A DNA stretch of 64,000 bases from positions 2,356,001 to 2,420,000 of the forward strand of contig CM030335.1 in assembly GCA_017654855.1 (NCBI GenBank), written 5' to 3'. Each line of letters begins with the position of its first letter. The first letter of the stretch is position 1. Source of the DNA: Podospora anserina. Lineage: Eukaryota. This document shows positions 1-10,619 of this stretch, one piece after another. The notes under the pieces are model-generated. The model worked only from the letters and a program-made list of their open reading frames with translations, did no database searches and was not told the DNA's origin. The position numbers were made by a program, and so were the translations under genes.

Positions 1-2807
1 CATGCTCACGAACCACCTCTTCCGCCTTCCTGTACGCCTCCGTTCCCTGTAGTCCGGGTATCAGGATCAAGTCCTTGCAGAACGCAGGCCATTCCCGCAG
101 CCGGCCAAAGAGCTGCATGAGCGCCTGAAGACCGAACTTGTACATGGGCTCCTCGGGACGATTCTCCTTGACGGCCTGCAAGATCATACCCAAGCCAATT
201 TTGAGGGGGAGTCTCGATATCAACTTGTGAGAGATTATCCCACCGAAGAGCACTGCTGTAGTGGCGAGGGCCTCGAGAGGATAGTCGACATAATGGGCGT
301 ATTCGTCAAACAGACCGTGAATCATGCACGCGAAAATGTCCTGCTCCAGCGGCACACGCGAATGTTTGTAGTGTTCGAGAACCTCGACCACACTGCGAAC
401 CTGCAATTCATCGCCGTACATTTTCTTGTAGTGCTCTTCCATCCTGGTCGTAGCTGCTGGTGCAAGCATATTCCCGCCCCGCCCATTGTCATCGATGATG
501 TCGTCGTAACCTTCCCCATAGTTAATCAGGCGGGGGTAAGCTGTTATGCAGTGTCTCTGAACATTAATCAGATCCACAACAGGGGCTTTCAGGTTGAACC
601 TGTCCAAAATGTCGAGCATCATATAGACTGTTTTGACCTGCAAGGGTGTGTGGGCTTGTCCATTGTCTCCGCTCCGCTGATACGTCTGCTCCAGGTTCGT
701 TTTTATCAACAGAAACTGATTTATGGCCCTGGCCATCTCGCCGGGTCGCTCAGCGTTCTGGCTTGCCCACTGCTCCAAGTTCAGAAAACCTTGCGCATGC
801 GCATAGGCAACGAGATCAAGCCCGAAGCCAGTGGGAAGGAAAACCAGCTCCTGGAGCCACTTGTGCCTCACCGCAAACTCGAAGATGGTTGGCAAGACAA
901 TAGGCTTGAGAGCATGCTGTTCTTCCAGCCGCTGCATGACCCACACCTTGTCCCGTCTCCAGAGGCTTTCCATCACAAAGTCGGAGGTCGGTGTCTTGTT
1001 GATCAGAAACCCCTCGAATAGCGACGCCAGCGTCTCTTCGGCCATTGTGGGCCACGGCTTAGGAACCCCAAAGGCTGAGGTGACAAAGACATGTAGATTA
1101 GGCACAACGACGTCTTGAAACAGGCGCTTCGCCTCTGTGCTCTGTGAGGCATGCATCGAGTGCAGAGCCACATTGAAGACAGCAGACAAAGCAGCCTCGG
1201 AGACCAGTGGGTGTCTAACGGCGAGGGCAGCTATTTCCTGAATTGCCCGGTCGGATTGTACGTATTCGTCCACCGTAAACGTCGGCTTGAGGCCTGGGAT
1301 GGTTGTGGCATCCAGTTGCTCCGGGGTGAGTGAGGCATAGGCGCAAATGAAGGACAGCTGGGTTTCGGGATTCTCCCATTCTCCGCCCCACAGCCGTTGA
1401 ATGTTGAACCTGTCGAGATGCTCGAGCGCGATGGGTAATAATGCATTGTATAACCGCAGAAACTGCGCCGAAGTTACGCGTGCATTCGCATGGTCGAAAT
1501 ACGAAACGACATCCTGCCACTGGAAGCTGTCGGGCAGTATCCGCCTCAGGGCCGCAACGAGAATCGAGGGTTTGTGTGGCGGGGTCTGGCTGATGGTGGT
1601 GTACAGAAGCGCGGCAGATACTTGCTCTTCGGACAGTTGGATGTTGGAAGGTCGGTTCTGGAGGTAGCTCACGCATGTCTCCTCGTCCTTGGTGAAGGCT
1701 GACCCGACACGGTATATGTAGAGGGCCAGTGCATTCGGTGGCCTGTCGGCGAGGAGGCGAATCAGGTCCAGGGCCGCCAGAACCTGAGAGGGGGGCGGCT
1801 TTCCGTCTCCTCCTTGTGAATACCGCATCGACACCTTGTACTCCAACTCCTTCTTGGCGGCAGCATTGAAGTTTGGCGGGTGAAGTTGTATGAATCGGTC
1901 GAGCAGTTCGGCAACGAATTCGGCGGGCATGTCCATGTGTTCCCCAGTCGGTCGACTCAAGATATTCACAAAGGTTGGGTAGTTGGTAGACAAAATGGCA
2001 TCCGCTGCGACAGTGAAACCATGTCAGTAACAGAGGGAGTAGGCACGCTGCGCAAGGGCGTCTTACCTTTGGTCTTCAGGTCAGCCCTGCTACCTAGTTT
2101 GAAGGCCAGGGCCAACAGTGTCTTTTCGAGGGCATCGAGTTGGAAGTGTTCCATAAAAGTCGACAAGTCAAAATTGTGGAATATATCTTCGGTGCCGGTC
2201 TCGATCGACTCGGCGATCTTCCTCGCTTGGCTGAAGTCTCTGGCAAGCAGCTCCATTTCGGCAACGAGGAGTTGCATGTTGTTATTGTTGGAATTCGCTA
2301 CTGGCCGCCCCGCGCCGGGGAAGATCTGAGAGGCATTGGAGGCCACCAGGCGCGTGAAGTATCTCGAATAGACATCCATGCCGTGCTCATGGATAAGCTG
2401 GGGAGAAGCCATAACAGCAGGTTAGCAGTCGGTCAATAGGGTGCAGGAGTAGGTATGGGATATGGCAGTTGACAGTGGGGCAGAAGGGGCAGCGGAGGAC
2501 AGAAGGCTGACAGCGGCATAAAGGGCGATTGGCACCGCACCTTTTGCAAAGCGTCAGTCTGTGACTTCCACCTTCTCGGATCGCCCTTGTCCTCTTTGAT
2601 GGTGCTCAGGAGCAGGAGAACCTGGGCAACTGCAATCTTGGCCAGGGAGCTGGAGCCAGTGGGGCTGCTGGTACTGGGGTTGGCACCCGAACTCAGCGCA
2701 CCGTGATGATGGGAGGGACTCTGCGAGTGGGCGAGGCCAGTGTGGAGGGGCTGGGAGGCAGAATTGGGATTGGGTGTGAAGGTTCCCTTCTTGGAGTGGG
2801 GGACCAT
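1..2807 (-). CDS. NOT1: CCR4-NOT complex scaffold subunit Not1, 5' part (runs off window start). Exons 2807-2541, 2397-2067, 2004-<1
   Basis: N-terminus MVPHSKK...KIAVAQVLLLLSTIKED, then LIHEHGMDVYSRYFTRLV. The last exon is open to position 1 and reads YPLEALATTAVLFGGII...LPLKIGLGMILQAV...MYKFGLQAL, typical of the Not1 HEAT region. GT/AG introns with branch sites keep the frame. Confidence 0.9.
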
Positions 2808-3672
2808 GGATTACCAGGTAGGAATTATGTGTGGAATCGCCGGTGCTGCTATCCAGGGCAAGGCGGGACAGAGCGACTCTTTTTTTGGTGGTGAAGGGGG
2901 GGAGCGCGAGGCGCTACTAGGTATTCTGTAGACGTGTGTGGTACGGCAGAGGGGTCTCTTTCTCTCCCGTCTCTTTGCGGATCTCTGCTGGGGTAACGAA
3001 GTAACGAGGGCTGCTGCTTGTAAGGCCTGTGACGGTGGTCGCGGTCTGGTAATATTGTGGATGGTATTGGCAGCAGGCTCTCGGCAGGGGGCCAGGGACG
3101 GTGGTGGGTGAGATAGGGATGGTGATGGAAGATCGAAAGTCGCTTTTTTACGACGTTGTTGAATGGCAAGTGTTGCTTGCCGAGCTAGGTATCCCTTTGA
3201 GTTTGGGGCACTGAGATGCTTGGCACCCACGGCCAATCGTAGCGACGGAACCGGCGTGATCACGTGAGAGTGTACCTGGAGACACTAAGCAAAATGTGGG
3301 GTGACAAGGCTCCGACCGTTGGGTGCCTGAGGAATTAGGCGGCTGCACGCATCGGATTCACCCGAGGCCTACAATGGTATGTCAGTCCGTTCAAGAGGCC
3401 TGTCCATGTGTGAGGAATAAGATTGTGTTAAAAGGGCATTTGCAAGACAGTCAAAGGTATGTTCTAATGCCAACGTAGATAGGCCTAGACTAATGTCCAA
3501 TGGCCTTGTTTACACTTGGGCAAGCCTGATATACAGTTGTGGCAGATGCTAATTCGACATGACACATCTCTTGGAAGAGACGCATTTGCATGAGGTGTAA
3601 ATCGTATGTTGAGAGTTCATTTGCAAAGGTAGGGCCGCTTGAATCAATAATTGAGACACTAAAGTAGGTTGA

Positions 3673-3760
3673 CATGCCTTGAAGGATAGTCTGTAGGCCT
3701 TTAAAGATAGTTAATAGGCCTTGAAAGATCGTTTAAAGGCCTATTAATTTACTTTCGAGG
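3673..3760 (-). repeat. Partial copy of a dispersed repeat family with a ~21-bp AGGCCTATTAACTATCTTTAA-like subunit
   Basis: Its reverse complement aligns by eye to 63280-63367 and to the interior of 12861-13167. Confidence 0.7.
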
Positions 3761-4700
3761 CATAGTTTACAGTGTAACATGGGTTAACTTACTTTTGTGA
3801 GTCAACTATTTTGTGGTGAGGGTGTGTGCCCGGTTGAGAAAGGCATTGCATAAAAGTTGCTGACCAATACCCATCCACCTCATCCCTCCTCAATCTCCAT
3901 CTCAAAATGTATGGTCTATTCGGGTTTTATGGCAGACGGCTTCACTCAATATTTGCAACCTGCAAAGTTCCTGTGCTCACCGCATCATACTGTGCTGATA
4001 CCCATCTTTAGTGGGTCCTCCGACTATGCCCCCTGACAGGTCAAGCTTTCTTCCTCGTTTCTTGGTTTCCACAGGACATCCAGTCGTCCAGTCAAGCTTT
4101 CTTTTGTTTTTGCGCCAGTTGATTTGATCAGAATGCTTGTCTTTGGTTCACAATACACAGCACAGCACAGTTATACGCATGATCCTATCCATTTCGCACT
4201 GCCACACGCCGCTATATCCGACCCAGTCTACCATAATTGCGACATGGCTGTTGGTCCAGTGTTGCAGAATAACCCACCTACAGGCGGCTCACGAGCTGCT
4301 TCTTTTGTTCCTAGCGCCGGCTGCATGGTGTGGTACAGCAACCAATGGCATTGCCCTCGCTGCGTAGCAACAATGGCCAGCCAGGCCCAATAGTTAGAAG
4401 CGGGAGATCCCTCGTCTGTTTCGTCCGGCACAGACTTCCAGGCTCGGTCTCGATGTTCATGGATGGCAAGGTCTATTTCAAATATGTAGCGTCGTTGGCC
4501 GTTGTCCCCTCATCAGCCTGCCCGTGCTTGGCGGAGCCCTTGGCAGGCTTTTAATCACTTCTCGCTTCTCCCATGCTCTTGTTCTTTTCATCTTTCTGGT
4601 GATCCATGGTTTAGTGACTTTCACCACCCCAACTGGACGCTGGACCAGCTCCCTTTCGCGTCTTGAGCCCATCTCGGCATCTTTCAGGGTCCACAGAGCG

Positions 4701-7700
4701 ATGGACGGAAACACTGGTGCAAACAACCCCACAGACAAGGCTGACATCGACAGGGGGGCGGAGAAACGTCAGGAGAAAGACGAGGCCGAAGAGGTCATAG
4801 CCCTTGAAGTGCTACCAACACGGATTCAGTTCAAAGATTCCCTTCCCAGTCGGTCTTCCAGAGAGTTTACGGAACGCGGCCGAAGCATCAGCAAAGGACG
4901 CAGCCCCAGCCCGCCCCGTATCAACCTTGGCGCTGGATTTGCAGAGTATAGGGGTGATGTGGGCGGCCATGGCTACGATGAGACCGAGGTAGATATCATT
5001 GCCGTTCCCTGTCCTGGGGCGGATCCGATCCAGACATGGATCTACGACAGCGATTCCAGCAGTGCCGAATCCAACTATCATGTCGAGGTTGGATCGCACA
5101 TCACCCGCAGCAACCAGAGCACCCGCAGCTCCCAGAGTTCTCTTCGCAGGTCAAGCCCATGGGTCACTTTGAGGCTGCGGGAGCGCGTCAACATTGCTCG
5201 GGTATTCTTGTATAGGCACCGGCATCTTGAGGAGGGAATGAATTTGAAGTCGTTGGCGAATGATCTCCTTGAGCAAGTGCAGGACATTCGCAAGGGCTCT
5301 GTAAGTGCATGCATCTTTCTGTCTCGTTTCTGCCGTGTGTGTATTTCCCAAAAATCAGATGCTGATTATGAATATCTCATAGTCTCGGCCCCTGTTTTTC
5401 ATTGCGCATAGCATTGGCGGGCTGGTCGTCAAGAGTGCCTTGGTGAGAGCTAGCCAGAAAACAAAGTACCAGGATATAATGGACGACTGTCATGGTGTCA
5501 CGTTCTTTGGTAGGCTTCTTGTGATGATGTTGATATTGTGACGTTTGGTAAAACCAGGCTGACAAAGCAACAGGAACACCACATCGCGGCTCAAGCTACA
5601 TGTCGATGCCCAACCTCAAGGACTCTATTCAAGACCTTCTCCAGCTTGAATCGCCACTCCCCAGGTCCCTTACAGATGAAATCCTCGTCAATAATCCGAA
5701 GCTAAAACAGCTGCACGAGCAATTCGTGGACATTGCCAGCGAGCTCCGTCTTTGGTCCTTCTACGAGACTCGGGAGTGTTTGCTTTCCGGATCTGGTGCC
5801 CAGTTCACAAACGAAGTACAGTTTACTGCCCCTTTGGTTTCGGTGAAATCTGCTATACTCGAAATCTGGCAAGAAGATATCTTTGGCGTCGAAAGTGACC
5901 ACGCGCATCTCGCCGCTTTTGGTCCCGATAATGAGGAGATTTTGCATTCATATCTTGGGGACTTGGCAGGCGCCGTCCTGAAAGCGGCAGAGCTTAGCCG
6001 GGATCATGTTCACCACCCACTATACCTCAAGAGCCATGTCCAAGTCGAAGTCATTGGGTTCTATGAGGATCCAGATGGCTGGATGGCTGCCACACAGCAG
6101 TATGCTGGTCAAGGGTCGGACGCGAGTGCCGAATCGGGCTCTATCATACGCTTGTATGCCACCAAATACCCCTACAAGGACTTCTTGAAGAAAGGCCCAG
6201 AGAAGTGCCTGTCTGAACGGTTACATGATCGATCGCAAAGGAAGAGGAGAAGAGTACGAAGCCCGAATCGGGCTGGCGGGCGGACAGACTTGCGGCCACC
6301 TCAGTTGCCTCAGGAAACTACAGCTGATGCCAACGTCCTCGGTATCACGCAGGGCCAGCTCGATGTTGGACATCAGGCTGGTGCTGGGATCGGCCCAGAA
6401 ATCATCATCAGTGGAGGTTCACCTGTCGCTCTCGAAAGACCGGCTCTGTTGAGGGTTCCAGCTCAAACTATGCCTGAGCTACGGCCTCCAAGCCCCGAGA
6501 GCTTGGCCAGTGTATCAACCACGGCGTCGGACCCGTTGTTCATTCAAGGGAAGGACTTTGCAGGAGATGGGCCCTTGACCGTGGATTTGCTGGCCAGGCA
6601 ACAAGCAGAAATTATGCTCAAGGAGCATGAACTCGGGGCGTCTGCTGGCTTTTCCCGGCCGAATCCCCAACTCAAAAAGTTCACGTGGATTCATATGCCT
6701 TTCAACAACCCGGTCTGGGTTAAGGAGATCTTTAATGTTCTTTCCGACATTCAAGGGCACGATTTTTCCAAGCTTTTTGACTATGACAACTGGCAATCGA
6801 AGCACATTCAGAACCGCCATTCCGAATCTCAGCCAGCATTCCTCAAACCAACTTGCAAGTACCTGACCAATACAGGCATAACCTCGCCACGCCCTACCCC
6901 TCTTGTTGGACCATCTTCATCGTTCTTGACACCGAACTGCCTGTTTGTCTACATGCCATACCTTCATTTTGACACCTACCGAAGCATGATCAGGCGCCGG
7001 AAGATCATCAGAGAGCGTCGGGAGCGTGGCAGGGCGAAACCTGTTCCGAAGCATGTGGCTGATGAGGACTCCCTTGAGCTCAAGATGATCTGGGAGTACA
7101 TTGGCTTCGATCCTCCTCTCAACTGTCGTAGGACCTTGGACCAGTTCGGCCACCATTCCCTCAGAGACACCAACTCCCGCGATGATGACCAAATGCTGTA
7201 CAAGCTCACCAAAAAGGATGCCTTCTCCCTGACGAAACAGCTCAATGGTGTTGCCACCAAGTCCCAGGTTGGGCCGGTTGGAAGCTCGATGTATTCAAAC
7301 AAAGGTTCCAATGGGAGCAACGCCGGCTCCCACAATGACGACGATGAATACGAGGAAGAAACCGAGGCCGAGCTTCGAGACGGTTACGTACTGATGGTTG
7401 ACCAGCTCTGGCTCTGGTCCATTGACAAGACCACCCTCACCACCTTCTTCCCTCGCCGGTACTCGACCCCAACAGAGGGCACCCTGTTTCACCAGGCCGA
7501 CCTACGGAACAGCGTATACAACGAGCTCAACGGTGACCTCACCGGCCGTACCGAAAACGCTCTCGACCTGGCTGCTTTGATAGTCTACCACGCTGTCATC
7601 GTCTTCCTCGACCGTTCCACCCACCCAGACCTGGAGATCTTCCGTCTCTTTGACGAAGCCATTGGCATGTTGGCCGAAAGGATGACGCTTAATATGAAAC

Positions 7701-8685
7701 AATTCCGGCTCCAATCTCTCAGCATGGACGATGACGAAGACGACGAGGACACCGACTACTCTGACTGGGAAGGGGAGAGCCCAGCCTCGATCAAAAAACG
7801 GCACAGAAAAGAGCTTGAAAGGTCCGAGAGGGAAAACAGAGAGAACACGTCTGCTCTACTCGAACTGGCAGATCTCAAGGATGAATTAACGGTACTGCAG
7901 ACCCTGTTTAAGAACCAGGAGTCAACCGTCAAGCAAATGAAGGATTTCTACGAGATCCATTGCAAGGAGACAAGGAAGAATTGGCAGGAGCCGCTGGATG
8001 ATGCGTTGGAGTATTTGGACGATTTTAAGGGGACGGTGAATGAGATGATTGAAAGGGTTAATACGACGAGGAATGATGTGAGTTCTCCCCTACTCAAACA
8101 CCGTGACCAAACAGTAAGCTGACGGATAATGTGAAGTATGAAAAAATGCTCGAAATGGTCCAACGCCAAGCCCAAGTCGACGAGGTCCGCTGGTCACGCC
8201 TCCAAGCCGAGCTCGCCTCGTCCCAAAACCTCTCGGTCATGATCTTCACCACCTTCACCGTCATCTTCCTCCCGCTCACCTTTTTTACCGGACTATTCGG
8301 TATGAACGTTACCAACTGGCAAGAAGAACACATGCCCGACCTCGAGCAAGTCGGCTGGATCTCCCTGCCTACCTCGATCCTCCTAATCATTTTTTCGCTG
8401 GTTGCAGCATTCAGCTGGAGAGTCCAGAGAGGGTTCAAGGGGATATACAAGATTATAAGGGGGGGCTATAAGAAGGTTAAAAAGGGGTATACCCAGAAGC
8501 TGGAGCCGATGTGGAGGAAGGAGAAGAAACGGAGGAGGAGACAGGAGAAGAAGAGGAAATATGTGGAGAAGCAAACCGCGTGGGATAAGGATGGGATGTA
8601 TGATTTTTGGGACAAGGTGAAGGAGAATCAGAGGAAGATTAGGTATCAGATTCCGGAGCAGAATAGGAGGACGTTGAGGGGGTGA
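4701..8685 (+). CDS. ~1259-aa fusion: N-terminal SesB/SERAC1-like alpha/beta-hydrolase plus C-terminal fungal CorA-like membrane domain. Exons 4701-5300, 5383-5509, 5574-8077, 8137-8685
   Basis: Spliced length 3780 nt is in frame. Hydrolase motifs: DIIAVPCPG, RPLFFIAHSIGGLVVKSAL, GVTFFGTPHRGS, WSFYET, DHAHLAAF. CorA-like motifs: YMPYLHF, RRTLDQ, VDQLWLW, TVIFLPLTFFTGLFGMN, then a second TM helix and a basic tail. Confidence 0.85.
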
Positions 8686-8762
8686 TATGTATGATGATTA
8701 TGAAGAGATGGATAGAGATAGGTAATGGTAATCCAAATAATACATTCACAGAAATGCCTTCA

Positions 8763-9160
8763 TGTCACGAATATGATGTGGACACCCGCAAAGAACAACC
8801 AATAGGGAAGAGGAGGCACGGCAGCCAATTAAGAGAAAGGAGGATGGACCAGTAAGAGGTGGATCATCCGGGACATGAAGGAATCATGAGCGATTCCCAG
8901 GAATCACTCATGATCCTTAGGAGTCGGTCATGATCCGGGGAGAAACAGAATGATCCAGGCTTGGCATTAGGTCTATATATACGGAGGAACTAGATAGCTT
9001 GCAGATAGTTCCGCAGTATGCAATTCACAGTTGTATTCACGGCATCTTGTGTTTACATCGAGACATCTTGTTGTGCACTGTTTAGCTGCACCGAACCAAT
9101 TGTCAGAAGTTACCTTCAACCAGTATCCCTTTCAGAGGTTCTGTACAGGGGTTCGTCACA
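8763..9160. mobile_element. Probable solo LTR (~398 bp)
   Basis: TG...CA ends with 8/9 inverted termini (TGTCACGAA ... TTCGTCACA), a TATATATA box near 8974 and an internal 15-bp hairpin at 8883-8914. No clean target-site duplication seen. Confidence 0.6.
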
Positions 9161-9354
9161 TGTTGTGGTTGTTTTGTGTGTTTTCTCACCATTTCAATAG
9201 ACTTCTATCCTCTAGGTACCTCCGTACCTGGCTCACCTCTGCCAAGATGTGAGCGCCCCATTGTCCTGCAGCTCCGCCGTTACATTTCACTTGATTGGCC
9301 ACCACGGCCTGCTGCAGTTCCCACTCTGCTTTGCTATATGGTTAGTCTGTGACA
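9161..9354. mobile_element. Possible second short or partial LTR abutting the first
   Basis: Starts TGTTG and ends TGTGACA (TGTCACA on the minus strand, an LTR-type terminus). Lies between the first LTR and the AT-rich relic. Confidence 0.35.
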
Positions 9355-9860
9355 CATTAGGATAATAAGGCTTTACTAGCTTAGCATTTTAAGAGATTTC
9401 TAATTATTTATATAGTTAAACATTATAAAAAGAAAAAAATAGAAAAAAAGAGATTTATTAAAAACAAAACAAAAAATAATTATTAGTTAAATTTTAATTG
9501 AAGTTATTGGAGCGTCGATTTAAAGAAGAAGGGAATTATATTACGTTTTTAAATACAAACTTCTGGTAATATCGGCTAATTAGAAAGAAAAACGGAATAA
9601 TTAATTAAAGAGATAAGAAATAAGCTTATTAAAAGAAAATTGTTAAGTTAAAAATATAATTTAGGAAAAAGATTATTAGATTATTATAATAATCTAACGA
9701 TCTAGCTTTAGGAAATATTAGGGAAAGATAATAATTTAAGAGAGTAATGGTTTATATATATAGAAAAATGTTTCGTAATATATAATATAAATTTTCTTTG
9801 TTAGTATTAAAAACTATTATAAATAAGATAACCTATTATTGTGCACTGATTAGCTACTAT
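9355..9860. mobile_element. AT-rich, RIP-mutated transposon relic
   Basis: Abrupt drop in GC with TpA excess and CpA/TpG depletion against a ~50% GC background. No ORFs. Confidence 0.7.
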
Positions 9861-10619
9861 TAAACCATTGTCTAAAAGTACCTTTAACTGAGTATCACTT
9901 TCAGAGGATCCAGATCAGAGTTCGTCATACTTAATGAACCATTTAGCCGCACGCTTTTATCCACATGTTGAAGTAAATAATATATCCTTTGTAGAGTCGC
10001 CCCTCCTCGCAGCCATACTACATGATCGGCAGATTAGTTCTCAGGTGGGTGGCCACTTGGGAACCCCTGCTGTTGTATGTTTTTGCTTTTCAGCTTTTTG
10101 ACCTGGCCGTCAAATGCCCTCAATTCCCATGTGCGGCTTTCCTCGGCAGAGCGGGGTTAGGGCGGGTCCCTTACCCCACGAAAATGATGCCCCACCCTGT
10201 TTTCAAATGTCAGAGGCTTGAGTGGCTGCACCTCGGGCGGGACGTCATTTGAACGGCTGCTTTCTTGGCCGAAAAATGAAATCGGAGCCGGCCCTCGAGA
10301 CGAAGTGGAGAGTGGAGTGAGTGCTGGAACAAGACAAGCGGGTTGAATTGTGTGTGAGAGGAAGCCGGAGTGACCAAGTGCGATTCTTTTCTCCTCCCCT
10401 GACTGTGCAATCCTTTCCCTCGTCTTTTCTGCTGCTGTCTTGTTTGTTTCTTGTTTGCCCGCGGCTGTGGAATTTTTCTTGGGGAAACTGACTGAAAGAA
10501 CGCCGTATGTGGTCATAGACCTATACTCTCTCGGCCGAAATTGTTCCCTTTGTCCCCCCGCTTCGACGACCGAGACAGACACTGTATTTGAATAGGATAG
10601 ACCAAAAGACACAGTCATC

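Noticed and set aside
227-2439. Plus-strand ORFs of 264 aa, 149 aa and others
   Set aside because: Antisense shadows of the NOT1 coding exons.
5521-5562. GTGATGA...CTGA box C/D-like pair in an intron (similar pair at 62209-62246)
   Set aside because: Only ~40 nt apart, and the CTGA is the intron branch site.
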